From the NCBI GenBank assembly GCA_963754925.1, contig CAVWHX010000007.1, positions 64,001 to 128,000 of the forward strand: 64,000 bases of DNA. Reading direction: 5' to 3'. This DNA is from an uncultured delta proteobacterium (lineage in GTDB: Bacteria; Myxococcota; B64-G9). The position numbers were made by a program, and so were the translations under genes. This document shows positions 29,999 to 40,829 of the stretch, piece by piece. Position 1 is the first letter of the stretch. The number at the start of each line of letters is the position of its first letter. Below the pieces are notes generated by a model that was not told where the DNA came from, searched no databases, and saw nothing but the letters and a program-made list of their open reading frames with translations.

Positions 29999-30031
29999 GT
30001 CATCCCTCCGTATGAAAGGTACTCGGTTGCA

Positions 30032-32290
30032 TCATGCCGAATCTCGGGTCTGAAGCTTGGTAAAGTCAGCGACGCGGTTAAACAAGCCCGCGAGCTTACT
30101 GAGCAGTGCTTTACGGTTGCTCTGGCGCGCCGGATCCTTCGGATCATTGACCAACACCTGCTCAAAGAAACGATCGACCGGCCCCCGCAGGCGCTCGCCG
30201 AGGAGCGCCAAGGTCTCGGAAAAACGACCCTCGGCCACCAACTCCTCAAAACGAGGCGCGATCTCTAAATACACCTGGTGGAGCTCCTTCTCCTCAGCCT
30301 GGGAGAGAAGCCACGGATCGAGCTCCGCACCCTCAAACCCTTTGAGGATATTGACGACGCGCTTAAACGCCACCACCAGGTTTTCAAACGCGGGCTGCCG
30401 GGCGAAATCGGCGAGCGCCTTGATCCGCAACCAACTTTCGGTGATGTCATCGATGCCGGTTGCGAGCACCGCCTCAACTACGTCGTTCGGAGCCTCCTCG
30501 GCAAAGCGCTGGCGTAGTCTGCCGGCAACGAAAGCCTCTAAATCGGCCAAAATCTCACCCTCGAATCCCGCCGCTAACGGTTTCTCGCTCTTAGCCACAG
30601 GCGCACCGGGTTTGTTTTTGCGGGCAGCCGCGGCCGCCTTGGCTTCAGCCCGCCGAAGCTGAGAAGCTTCCACTTTGTCCCGCACGCCGATGAGAGCGTG
30701 ACGCAGCAGCCAACCGACTGAGATTCGGTAACCACGCGCCAGAATAATCGATATCACCCCGAGACACGCCCGCCGTAACGCATAGGGATCGGTGCCCCCG
30801 GTCGGACGCAATCCCACCCCAAAGCACCCAACCAAGGTGTCGAGGCGATCGGTCAGAGACAGCATCGCGCCCAGATCCGTGGCCGGCAGTTGATCGCCGG
30901 AAAAACGCGGATAGTATTGTTCGCGAATGGCCGTCGCAACACACTCTTCCTCATTGGAGGCCAGCGCATACACCCCACCCATCTCACCTTGGAGCTCAGG
31001 AAACTCGCCGACCATATCGGTCAGGAGATCGGTCTTTGCAAGCAAAGCCGCCCGGGCGACCTGCCAACTGAAGCGTTCTTTGGCGTCGGTGACCCGATCG
31101 AGTTTTACGGTAAGCGCATCCACCACGCGCGCGAGTTTATCCAAGACCCCAAAACCGAGTTGGAATGAAATAGCCACGGCCAGGGAAGATACCCGCACCG
31201 CCTTGTCGTAGTACGAGCCCAAATCGGTCTGGAAAATCATATTCTGCAATCGGGGCACTCGTTCAACCGGCGAGATTTGACGATCGGTATCAAAGAAGAA
31301 ACGAGCGTCACTTAAGCGCGCCGCGAGCACTCGTTCGTTGCCGTGTCGCACCACGGATAGATCTCGTACCGGCGTGTTGCCGATAGCGATGAAAGCATTC
31401 TGGAGCGCACCATCCGCACGCTCGATGGAAAAGTACCGTTGATGGTTGCGCATGGCGGCTATGAGCACCCGCCGCGGCAGATCAAGGAACTTTTCGTCAA
31501 AATGTCCCCTTAAGGGTACCGGATATTCAATCAAAAAGGTTATTTCTTCTTCCAGCCCTTCGTCGACCACGATGCGCCCGCCGGCGTCTGCCGCGAGCTT
31601 GGCAACTCCCTCCGCTATCAACCGTCGACGCTCCTCGGGATCAATCAGAACATGTACCTCGCGCAGGAGATCGACGTAGGCTCCGGGGTGCGGGACGTCG
31701 AATTCGGCCGAGGCGGCGAATCGATGTCCGCGACTACGGCGATCGCTTTTAGCCCCGGCGAACTCGAAGGAAACTATCTCCGTGTCGAGTAACGCCACCA
31801 ACCAGTGAACCGGCCGGACGAATGCATTCTCACCCTGTCCCCAACGCATGGTCTTGGGAAACGCTGTTTCGGCAAGCAGGTTGTGCAGCACCTGAGGTAG
31901 CACCTGGCTGGTCGGTTTGCCCTGAATGCGGCGCCGTACGCCGATACATTTTCCGCGGGGGGTATCCAGTTGCGTGAGTGAATCGGGCGTGAGTCCCTTG
32001 CTTTTCATGAAACCGAGACACGCCGGGGTGGGTTTGTGGTCCGCGTCGTAGGCGAGCTCAACCTTGGGGCCAATGATCTCCTCGTCCACATCACTCTGTT
32101 GTTCGGGCAGCCCACTCGCGAGAAGAGCTAGTCGGCGCGGCGTGCCCATGGTCCGCACGTGCGCCGCCGGACCGCTGACCAGGCGGGACGCCGCGAGAGC
32201 TTCGGTAAAACCTTCTGCCAGCGCCTGCAAGGCGGGCGGCAGAAACCGCGCGGGTATTTCCTCGCAGCCAACCTCAAGTAAAAAATCCAT
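30032..32290 (-). CDS. glyS: Glycine--tRNA ligase beta subunit
   Basis: DFLLEVGCEEIP, TPRRL, FVRPVHW, ARLSDARFFF, MVGEFPELQG and DPYALRR. Confidence 0.96.
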   Translation of the reverse strand: MDFLLEVGCEEIPARFLPPALQALAEGFTEALAASRLVSGPAAHVRTMGTPRRLALLASGLPEQQSDVDEEIIGPKVELAYDADHKPTPACLGFMKSKGLTPDSLTQLDTPRGKCIGVRRRIQGKPTSQVLPQVLHNLLAETAFPKTMRWGQGENAFVRPVHWLVALLDTEIVSFEFAGAKSDRRSRGHRFAASAEFDVPHPGAYVDLLREVHVLIDPEERRRLIAEGVAKLAADAGGRIVVDEGLEEEITFLIEYPVPLRGHFDEKFLDLPRRVLIAAMRNHQRYFSIERADGALQNAFIAIGNTPVRDLSVVRHGNERVLAARLSDARFFFDTDRQISPVERVPRLQNMIFQTDLGSYYDKAVRVSSLAVAISFQLGFGVLDKLARVVDALTVKLDRVTDAKERFSWQVARAALLAKTDLLTDMVGEFPELQGEMGGVYALASNEEECVATAIREQYYPRFSGDQLPATDLGAMLSLTDRLDTLVGCFGVGLRPTGGTDPYALRRACLGVISIILARGYRISVGWLLRHALIGVRDKVEASQLRRAEAKAAAAARKNKPGAPVAKSEKPLAAGFEGEILADLEAFVAGRLRQRFAEEAPNDVVEAVLATGIDDITESWLRIKALADFARQPAFENLVVAFKRVVNILKGFEGAELDPWLLSQAEEKELHQVYLEIAPRFEELVAEGRFSETLALLGERLRGPVDRFFEQVLVNDPKDPARQSNRKALLSKLAGLFNRVADFTKLQTRDSA

Positions 32291-33184
32291 CTATACACCT
32301 TCAACGAGCGGCCACCCGAGACGCTCACGCTCGGCCAGGTAGCTGACTGCGCACTGGTGGGCTAGCGCCCGCACCCGACCGATGTATGCCTGACGCTCGG
32401 TAACACTGATGGCGCCCCGGGCGTCAAGAAGGTTAAAAACATGCGAGCTTTTCAAGGTGTAATCGTACGCGGGCAATACCTGCGAACGTTTGCTGCGCTC
32501 GGCCATTTTTGCCAGGCGCGCGCCTTCTTTCTCATACATTTCAAACAGCCGCAGGAGCATCTCATTATCGGCCTGATGAAAGTTGTATTCAGAAAATTCC
32601 ACTTCCCCCTGATGGAACAATTGTCGATAGGTCACCTGCTCATTCCAGTGAAGGTCAAACACATTGTGGACATCTTGAAGCAGCATGGCCAAACGCTCTA
32701 ATCCGTAGGTCAACTCAACCATGATGGGCTTGAGGTCAAAACCGCCGCATTGCTGAAAGTAGGTAAATTGGGTCACTTCCATGCCATCCAACCATACCTC
32801 CCATCCGAGACCCCACGCGCCCAGGGTGGGCGATTCCCAATCGTCCTCAACGAACCGAAGATCATGATCCTCCACCGGTATGCCAATATGCCGGAGGCTC
32901 TCGATGTACTGATCCTGGATGTCAAGCGGCGATGGTTTCAAGACGGCTTGAAACTGATGATGCTGATGGAGCCGATTGGGATTTTCTCCAAAACGACCGT
33001 CGGTAGGACGCCGCGATGGTTCCACATAGGCCGCGCGCCAGGGCTCAGGTCCGAGTGAACGCAAAAAAGTCGCTGGGTTAAACGTACCTGCCCCTTTCTC
33101 AAGATCGTACGGTTGGAGTAGCAAACACCCCTTATCCGCCCAGTAATCTTGAAGCCTAAAAATCAGCTGCTGAAAAGTGACCAC
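32291..33184 (-). CDS. glyQ: Glycine--tRNA ligase alpha subunit
   Basis: [28 protein letters not shown] and [18 protein letters not shown]. Confidence 0.98.
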   Translation of the reverse strand: MVTFQQLIFRLQDYWADKGCLLLQPYDLEKGAGTFNPATFLRSLGPEPWRAAYVEPSRRPTDGRFGENPNRLHQHHQFQAVLKPSPLDIQDQYIESLRHIGIPVEDHDLRFVEDDWESPTLGAWGLGWEVWLDGMEVTQFTYFQQCGGFDLKPIMVELTYGLERLAMLLQDVHNVFDLHWNEQVTYRQLFHQGEVEFSEYNFHQADNEMLLRLFEMYEKEGARLAKMAERSKRSQVLPAYDYTLKSSHVFNLLDARGAISVTERQAYIGRVRALAHQCAVSYLAERERLGWPLVEGV

Positions 33185-33209
33185 GGAGGCTCCTCAATTA
33201 ATCGGCGGC

Positions 33210-33238
33210 ACGCTATCATTCACTCCTAACGATGTCAA
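33210..33238 (-). promoter_or_regulatory. Candidate sigma70 promoter of glyQ-glyS-ppdK
   Basis: Minus strand reads TTGACA-N17-TAGCGT, upstream of a GGAG RBS. Confidence 0.4.
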
Positions 33239-33310
33239 CTCATGAGTACATTTTATAGAGGTCAGTTACGTGCGGGTTCCGGGTGTTCGGTCTGACCCAT
33301 CAAAATTTTT

Positions 33311-34096
33311 TTACTGAGCGGCAATCAATTCCTTGAGTTGCCGGGCATTGGCGACCGCCATGCCGCGGGGGTGGTTATTGGCAAAGACAAACACCTCGGC
33401 AGCCGCGGTCTGCATGCGCTTGATCCGCGGCACCCATTCCTGAAGATCTTCCTGGCTATACAAATAATCGTACCGTTCTGCGGCCTGCGCATACTTCCAC
33501 CACTTCTCAGCGTTACGCCCATGCAGGCGCACGTAGGCGATGGATGCGGTAACCACCTCAAGCGGCGGAATCAGGTCCTTAAGCCGCGGCTCATCGACGC
33601 AACAAAACCCGAGTCCCCGGGCGCGCAGCCAGGAAAACACCTCCTCCCGCACCCAATCCTTGCCGCGAAATTCGACCACGCACGGCAATCCCCTCAACAA
33701 ATCCTGCAATCGCTCGACGAACACTCGCTCCCCCACTCCGTTATGGAAGGAGTGGGGAAATTGCAACAACACACAGCCGAAGCGGCCGGCTTCAACCAGA
33801 GGCCGCACCCCCTCGAAAAACAGTCGCGTAGCTGGTTGCGGGTCGCTGCGATCGTGGGTAAGCTCCGCGCTCGCTTTTACCGTAAAGGTAACGCGACCCT
33901 GTGACTTTTTTAGAATGCCCTCCATGGTTCGAGCCGTCGGCATGCGGTAGTAGGTGAAATTCAACTCGCAGGCGTCGAACAGATCCTTGTATAAAGATAG
34001 AAATCGGGTCTTCGGGGTTCCGGCTGGATACACCGGCCCGATCCAGTCATCGTACGAATAGCCGGAGGTGCCGATATGGATCATCTTGTAGCCCAC
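33311..34096 (-). CDS. DUF72 family protein
   Basis: IGTSGYSYDDW, ELNFTYY, LLQFPHSF, VEFR, YVRLHGRN, YDYLYS and FANNH. Confidence 0.92.
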   Translation of the reverse strand: MGYKMIHIGTSGYSYDDWIGPVYPAGTPKTRFLSLYKDLFDACELNFTYYRMPTARTMEGILKKSQGRVTFTVKASAELTHDRSDPQPATRLFFEGVRPLVEAGRFGCVLLQFPHSFHNGVGERVFVERLQDLLRGLPCVVEFRGKDWVREEVFSWLRARGLGFCCVDEPRLKDLIPPLEVVTASIAYVRLHGRNAEKWWKYAQAAERYDYLYSQEDLQEWVPRIKRMQTAAAEVFVFANNHPRGMAVANARQLKELIAAQ

Positions 34097-34221
34097 TCTG
34101 TCAACCAGTTATTGAGTTGTCAATTACCCTCCATTCCCCTAACCGGTTATTGACTTGAAAGCGACTTATTAGGTACTGTCACGCGAAACCAGAGGAAATA
34201 AATGAATAGGGATTAAGCTGA

Positions 34222-34491
34222 TCAGCGGTAAACTTCGCGCCGATGCCCAATTCGAACAATCAGGATCAGCAAACGGCCATCCTCGATGCTCGCAATGATG
34301 CGATAGTCTCCAATCCGGTATTTCCAAAAATTACCTAGCTTTGTCCCCCGCAACGCCTGGCCGATGCTGCGAGGGTCGTCAAGCGGTTCTACCCTCTCAT
34401 GAAGAAATGAAAGAATACGCTTCGTAATAGGTTTGTCGAGCTTGTCGAGCTGCTTTCGTGCGCTCGCCGTTAGCTCAATCTTCCACGCCAT
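34222..34491 (-). CDS. Type II toxin, RelE/StbE family
   Basis: [17 protein letters not shown]...[11 protein letters not shown]...IGHRREVYR. Confidence 0.93.
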   Translation of the reverse strand: MAWKIELTASARKQLDKLDKPITKRILSFLHERVEPLDDPRSIGQALRGTKLGNFWKYRIGDYRIIASIEDGRLLILIVRIGHRREVYR

Positions 34492-34699
34492 ATTCGCGCA
34501 TCATTTCTTTTAGGGTGTAGGTTTTTTCTTCTCCTCTGCGAACGCGTTCAAGAATACGCTCGGCGAGATAGATGTCTTCAAGATCGTCAAGATGTTCAAG
34601 AATGGCCTCACGAACGTAGAAGGTCTTTGTCCTTCCGGTAGACTTTGCTAATCGATTGAGGCGTTTTTCGATTTCTGGTGATAGGCGGATTGCCAACAT
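34475..34699 (-). CDS. Ribbon-helix-helix antitoxin
   Basis: [14 protein letters not shown]...[13 protein letters not shown]...LEDIYLA. It overlaps the toxin start and has a GGAGG RBS upstream. Confidence 0.9.
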   Translation of the reverse strand: MLAIRLSPEIEKRLNRLAKSTGRTKTFYVREAILEHLDDLEDIYLAERILERVRRGEEKTYTLKEMMREYGVED

Positions 34700-34711
34700 A
34701 CAAACCTCCTT

Positions 34712-34749
34712 ATGCAATACAAGTATAGCATCCTATTAATTCTCGTCAA
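34712..34749 (-). promoter_or_regulatory. Toxin-antitoxin promoter with a palindromic operator over the -10 box
   Basis: Minus strand reads TTGACG-N16-TATACT with an extended TG. The imperfect palindrome ATGCAATACAAGTATAGCAT spans 34712-34731. Confidence 0.65.
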
Positions 34750-34917
34750 CAACAAAGAAAACAACTCGATACAGATCAATATAGAAGTGGTTAAAGTTTC
34801 GATTGACGTGGACTTAAGACTGCGAACCAGCCGAGTCTTTGCCCCAAATGCACCCTTAAAATCGGACGGTCAGCAGTTACGTGGCGCTGCAAGTCGCTAA
34901 ACAATTCACAAGCGTCG

Positions 34918-35220
34918 TCACCGCAGTATTGCAGGTGGTACAATTCGCTGAGAGGATAGTTTTAAGCGGTTTATCGCAGCATCGAACGAGGTCTTGCAAT
35001 TGCAGGTGCTGCTCTCTGCCAGTTTCTCATAACCATTGCACCCATCGACAGCGTCTGACTCGGTAGTGCTTGAGTCGGTACCGGGAAGTGCTTGTGTTTG
35101 ACAGCCCATGGTAAAAACATGTCCGACGGCTTCATCGCATGCAGATTTACTAGATCCGCACCCGGTCACTCCAATAGCCGTTAGTGTCGCAAGAACGATA
35201 ATAATCAATGCAGTCTTCAT
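34918..35220 (-). CDS. Small Cys-containing lipoprotein
   Basis: GAGG RBS, signal peptide with VTGC lipobox, and five further Cys. Confidence 0.6.
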   Translation of the reverse strand: MKTALIIIVLATLTAIGVTGCGSSKSACDEAVGHVFTMGCQTQALPGTDSSTTESDAVDGCNGYEKLAESSTCNCKTSFDAAINRLKLSSQRIVPPAILR

Positions 35221-35365
35221 AATATTCCTCTCTGCGCTGCCCTCTGGTGCTCAGAGTTAGCGCTCAATTCGTGGTGGTGCGAGTGTACGGACAACCGGCG
35301 CACCTGTCCAGAAAAAATCCCTTGTAGACTTGTCAACCACCTCACTGCGGTGGTAGCGTTAGCCA

Positions 35366-37099
35366 GTGTTTTTTTCGCTGGGAGGATCGGTGCTCAAAGA
35401 AGCAGTTTATGATTTGAACCGCATGCGACAGATCCTCCAGGTGATGGTCAAGCACGGGTTTGGCGATTTCTTGCAGCGGGCTCGAATCTTCGAGCGCACC
35501 AAGATCCGCAAACCGCAGGAGCAATTCGACAGCAGCCAGGCTCTGGCGCAGCGAATAACCGCCATGCTTACCGAGCTTGGTCCGACCTTTATCAAACTTG
35601 GCCAAATCCTGTCGACCCGCTCGGACTTGCTGCCTCCCGAATATATCCGCGCGCTTCGCGAGCTCCAGGATCACGTCGCGCCGATTCCATTCGCCGCGAT
35701 CGCCGAAACCATTCAAAACGAATTTGGTCGCTCGCCTCACGACTTGTTCAAAGTAATCGAATCCGAACCGATGGCCTCGGCCAGTATTGCCCAGGTCCAT
35801 CGCGCGGTCACCATTGACGGCCAGGAAGCGGCGGTAAAGGTTAAACGACCGCGGATAGAAAATTCGGTTCGATCGGATCTCGACATTCTGTACTATTTGG
35901 CCCACGTGCTTGAAGCCGCGATCGAGGATACCAGCCTATATGATTTGGTCGGCGTGGTGCGCGCGTTCGACTGCGCGGTCGGGCTGGAGCTGGACCTCAA
36001 CCGCGAGGCCGACAATCTACGCGCTTTTGCTAAGAACTTCAGTGCCCGCTCTAATCTAGTCATCCCGGAACCAATTATCGCGCTTTCAAACCGCAATGTG
36101 CTGACGATGACGTACCTCCAAGGAATGCATATCGACAGCGTCGAACCAGGAAGCGAACTTGCCAAGAAAGCCGCCCTGAACCTCATCGAGGGAGCGTATC
36201 AACAGGTTTTTGAAGACGGTCTGTTCCATTCCGATCCTCACCCGGGAAACCTGCTGGTGCTCCCCGACGGCCGGGTCGGCCTAATGGATTTCGGTCAGGT
36301 GGGCAAGCTCACCACGGCCATGCGCAGCACGTTGATGTTACTCGGGTTGGGAATCGTGCTGCGTGATTCCGAAACCATCTCGCGCCTGGTCTATCGGCTG
36401 GGTACAACGCAGGAGCGCGTGGACCTCAACCAGTTGCGCGAAGAGGTTCAGCGCATGCTGGAAGGCTCCCTGGATCAGGAGCTTTCTTCTATCGATACCG
36501 GCCAGGTGCTGCGGAGCTTGCTCGATTTGTCCATTCGGTATCATGTGGCCGTTCCGTCGGAATACGCGCTGGTGATCAAGGCGCTGGCCACCATCGAAGG
36601 CGTCGTGCGCCGACTCCACCCCGATCTCAACATCAGTCAGGTGGCCGCGCCGTACGTAAAGCGCTTGCTCGCCGAACGGTACAATCTCGACGACATGCGC
36701 GGCGGTCTGATGCGCTCGCTATTTCAGTTGTCCAGCGTTCTGAGCGAAGTCCCCCAGCAGATTTCACAGATTCTGATGGATATGGAAGGCGGACGCCTGT
36801 CGGTCAATGTCCGCGACCCCGAGAGCGCCAAAATCAAAAAAGTTCTCAACGGGCTCGGCGTTCAAGTGGTCTGGGGATTGATCGCGGCCGGGCTTTTGGC
36901 TGGCTCACTGCCACTGGTGCTATCGTCTGTTTCTCCCTCAATCGGAGCGTATCTTTGCCTCGGCGGCGCCGGCCTCATTGCGCTCATCACCACGGTGAGA
37001 TATTTTGTCTCGCCATTAATCGAGAAAGATCAACCTGCGCACCTGGCTCGAACGGCGCTGGGGCGAGGATATAAAGAAAAAAATCAAACCGCGCGATGA
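35366..37099 (+). CDS. AarF/UbiB (ABC1) family kinase-like protein
   Basis: ELGPTFIKLGQILSTRSDLLP, ASASIAQVH, AVKV, FHSDPHPGN, DFG and two C-terminal TM helices. A frameshift near 37020 is possible. Confidence 0.92.
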   Translation: MFFSLGGSVLKEAVYDLNRMRQILQVMVKHGFGDFLQRARIFERTKIRKPQEQFDSSQALAQRITAMLTELGPTFIKLGQILSTRSDLLPPEYIRALRELQDHVAPIPFAAIAETIQNEFGRSPHDLFKVIESEPMASASIAQVHRAVTIDGQEAAVKVKRPRIENSVRSDLDILYYLAHVLEAAIEDTSLYDLVGVVRAFDCAVGLELDLNREADNLRAFAKNFSARSNLVIPEPIIALSNRNVLTMTYLQGMHIDSVEPGSELAKKAALNLIEGAYQQVFEDGLFHSDPHPGNLLVLPDGRVGLMDFGQVGKLTTAMRSTLMLLGLGIVLRDSETISRLVYRLGTTQERVDLNQLREEVQRMLEGSLDQELSSIDTGQVLRSLLDLSIRYHVAVPSEYALVIKALATIEGVVRRLHPDLNISQVAAPYVKRLLAERYNLDDMRGGLMRSLFQLSSVLSEVPQQISQILMDMEGGRLSVNVRDPESAKIKKVLNGLGVQVVWGLIAAGLLAGSLPLVLSSVSPSIGAYLCLGGAGLIALITTVRYFVSPLIEKDQPAHLARTALGRGYKEKNQTAR

Positions 37100-37692
37100 G
37101 ACGTCGTAACCTACCCGTCGTGGCGATGGTGATCGGATTCGGAGCCATGATGCTGTTGTGTTGTACCGATCAGGGTTGTCGGCGGGAAGCCGCTTTCCCC
37201 CCTCAGGTTGTTTTACCGGGAGCACATGACCAAGAGATCGTGGTGCAGGTTGAGGTCGCGCGGCAATCGAACGAGAGAGAACGCGGTCTCATGTTCCGCA
37301 AGGAGTTGGCGGAAAACTCCGGTATGCTCTTTGTATATCCGTCAGAAGCCCCCCTCTCCTTTTGGATGAAAAACACGTATCTGCCACTTGACATGATCTT
37401 TATCAACGATACGATGCGCATCGTTGGCATCGTCGAGAATGCCGAGCCTCTGACGCTCGATGCCCGCTCAATCAACACCCCCGCTCGTTATGTTCTTGAG
37501 GTGAATGGTTTTTTTGCGCGCCGCCACGGCATCCAACCCGGAGGCCGGGTGCGTTTTAAGATATCTCAAACCAATAACATCCGCTCTCAACGCTCACCTG
37601 ACCCGTTATCCCAACGATGCCAATCTCGGCAGTATCCCGGGAAGGTATGCTTCATTCTTTTCGCCATCGTCTTCGTTGACCTTAGGGCTTGA
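37096..37692 (+). CDS. DUF192 family protein
   Basis: ERERGLMFR, GMLFVY, FWMKNTYLPLDMIFI and YVLEVNG. Confidence 0.9.
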   Translation: MRRRNLPVVAMVIGFGAMMLLCCTDQGCRREAAFPPQVVLPGAHDQEIVVQVEVARQSNERERGLMFRKELAENSGMLFVYPSEAPLSFWMKNTYLPLDMIFINDTMRIVGIVENAEPLTLDARSINTPARYVLEVNGFFARRHGIQPGGRVRFKISQTNNIRSQRSPDPLSQRCQSRQYPGKVCFILFAIVFVDLRA

Positions 37693-37836
37693 CAGCGACA
37701 TGCATTCAGATCTATTTTTACCTGATGGTACAGGTGACAGCCGGGGACCCAAAGCTAAAGACATGAAGAAAACCAGCGTTCCTTTTCCCAATCTCCTGCG
37801 TATACTGGTTAGGCCTAATTTTAAAAAGGGGGATTT

Positions 37837-39295
37837 ATGAAAAGCACTACCAAGCTCGATGAGATAAAAAAATACAAATTAGAAGATTGGGTTAAGATAT
37901 TCGGGGAAATGTACGGGGACACCGATGCCGATAGAAATGCATCATCTCTGTGGCTTGATGTTATTAAAGAAAGTACTACCCTGGCCGGGCATGTACGGAA
38001 AGATGAATTTCAAAAAGCAATTGAAACCATACCGGATGTCTTCAGCCGTTTGGCAAGTTTTGTAGCAAAATATTCAGTAAAGTTAACCGATGCGGTCATG
38101 CGGGACGAGGGAATTGATCTTCGCCCCGACAACCATAGCAGATATTATTTGACCGAATGGGTATTGGACAAATACCCCGGTGTATGTTCAAAGTGTGCAC
38201 AAAAGCCGTGTGTTTGTCATTCCCTACAGTACGAGTGGTCAACCAAAAAAGATGGGTATCAATTCGCTGAAACTATTAAAACCCTCTTGATGAAAACGCA
38301 AGAATTGGGAATATGAAATATCCGGTAAGGTTGAACAGTTCACCGTAGAGAACGTATGCACGATGTTTAATGAGATTTATACCGGCGTTCATCATGACCC
38401 GCCGATTTCATCTCTCTGCTTTCATTTCATGGAGGAAGTGGGTGAGGTTGCAGAATTATTGCTCTCATTTAATAGTTTTCAATCCGCAAAGCTCGATACC
38501 AAAGATGGCGGCAAGCGAAGTGTGGTCCTCAATCTTGTGTCCAATCAAGCGGAGCACGAGCGGACCAGTGATATTCACAAGAAAAGTTTAAGATATTTGA
38601 ACAATGTCTTAAAGGGGAAATCGCTGATATCGTATCCTGGATAGTTGCTTTGATTAACAAAATCAATTGCCTCATCCGCGCAACACACTCTTATTATTTT
38701 ATGATCGATCAAGAAAAAAATAACGACATCACCTATAAACAGATCACGCTTTCTGAGCTATTGTTAGACCGATTTTATGATAATCGACTTGATACCTTCG
38801 TATGTCCGTATTGCGCGTCTGCGCAATGTTCACCGCAGTGCAGACAAAATCGTCTCGTACAAGAGATAGAAAATAAGGTAAGAAGAGAAGATGATTTGAT
38901 GTATGAAATAAGGAGAGCAACGGGCCAAGAACGAAGAAAATGCGTCCGGAAGTCGACGGATGACAGAATTCGGCTTGGAAACGACGATATCTATATCGTT
39001 GATATCAGCGAAAATAATATGGGATTTTTGAGCAACACCATGCTGTCTCTCAATGAAGAAAAAGAAATTATTATTAACCAAAAAAACATGGAAGAGTGTA
39101 TTAAAATTTAAAATTACACGGCCCGCGAAAGCTGATAGTAAGAAGACCGGATTCCAATATTTTCACGGAGCAGAAATATTAGGTAGGGAGAAACGCCCGA
39201 AACAAACCCCTCCGAAACAACCCCCTTCGAAAGAACCCCCTCCCCCCTCGGCGCAACGGCCGGTAAAACGTCAGGCTCGATCGAGTTCTCCTTAG
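37837..39295 (+). CDS. Tandem MazG-like pyrophosphohydrolase with Cys motifs and a C-terminal PilZ-like domain (four ORF pieces joined at three homopolymer frameshifts)
   Basis: Joins at A4 near 38294, G4 near 38616 and A7 near 39083 give HFMEEVGEVAE...GEIADIVSWI, YPGVCSKCAQKPCVC, CPYCASAQCSPQC and ERRKCVR...VDISENNMGF. Confidence 0.65.
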
Positions 39296-39501
39296 CAATG
39301 AGCAGATGTTTTAACCACTGTGGCTTCAAGCATCGTCCATGAAAAACTTTTTTTGGTCTTTCTCGAAAAGTTCACTTTTCAGGCGGGATGAGATATCTTT
39401 AAAAAAGTGACGGAGGAATATTCACTGCCCGACGACAGTCTTAGGAACTGTATATAGGTGTATCTAAAAGGGTATCAAAGAGAAACAAGCGCTCGGATGA
39501 G

Positions 39502-40829
39502 GTGACGATGAGGAGGTTTCGGTTTCCGCGGTGGATCGTTTATGGTGTCAGTTTTTGTGTCCTCCTGATTGCCGATCTGCTCCCAATTCAGGCACAAGAG
39601 AGACCGAGCTCTGCCACTCAACAATCAGTGACGTCAGCGGTATCCCTGCGCGATGCACAGCGGCTCGCGTTGGCCAACAATTGGGATGTTCTCACGGCGC
39701 AAACAACTGTTGATGCCGCCATGGCCCAGAAGATCGTCAGCGAACAATGGCCAAATCCAAATCTTACACTTTCGACGTTCAAAATAGACGTCGACGGCCA
39801 TTCGAGTCGAACGAGTGAGGGGAAACAGTTTTTGGCAGCGTAGCTACGATACGATTGTTGCGCTCAATCAGCTTTTCGAAATCGGCAAACGGGGGAACCG
39901 CCAGGATTCGGCGCAGTCGGGACTGACAAGCGCCAGGGCGCGGCTTGCCGATGCGCGCCGCCTCCTCGAGCTTCTCGTGGCAACCAGCTACATTAACGCT
40001 CTCCAGGCCGAGGCCAACGTTGAAGTCTTATCCCAATCGGCCCACATGCTGCGCGAAGAGGCCCTTATTGCCGGTTCTCGTCTGAGCGCCGGAGATATCT
40101 CGGTGTCTGACAAAGATCAGATCGAAATCATCGCCGATCGATTTGAACTCGACGCACAAAACGCTCAGGTTGCCGCGGTGACAGCGCGAATTGAGCTGGA
40201 GCTTGCACTCGGTATCAAGGCCCCGCAGGGGAATATCCGATTGACCGATACGCTCGATGTGCTTTCGCAACAGTCACAGGATCTGCCCGCGGTTGGCGAA
40301 CCGCGGCCGGATCTCGGTGTCTGCCCAGGCGGAGGTCACACGAGCGCAGGCAGAGGTAAAGCTCCAGGTAGCTCAACGTATTCCCGATCCCATGCTCCTG
40401 GTACAGTATGAGCACGAGCCAGCGGACAAACCCAATACGATCGGTATCGGCCTTTCGTTTTCGCTCCCATTGTTTAATTTCAATAACGGTGGTATTGCGC
40501 TGGCCGAGAGCACCCACGCCCAAGCAACTACCGTGCTCGCCCGTATTCGCGCTCAGATATCGGCGCAGGAGACAATCGCCCACGTCGCCTATGAAAACGC
40601 CCAAGCCCGTATGATCCGCTATCGTGAGGTAATCCGCCCGCGCTCAGAGCAATTGCGAAAAACCATTGCCTATGCGTATTCGAAGGGTGGTGCGTCGTTG
40701 CTCGACCTTCTTGTCGCTGAACGCAGCGACAACGAGGTGCGCATCGCGACGGTCCAAGCAGCCGCCGATGCCGCAGCCGCCGCAGCGGCTCTCAAGGCCG
40801 CGCTCAACATCGTGGAGACCGCTCAATGA
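39502..40829 (+). CDS. TolC/CzcC-family outer-membrane efflux protein (frameshifts near 39820 and 40316)
   Basis: SLRDAQRLALANN, PNPNL, QLFEIGKR, SLPLFNFNNGGI and YSKGGASLLDLL. It heads an RND operon. Confidence 0.85.
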
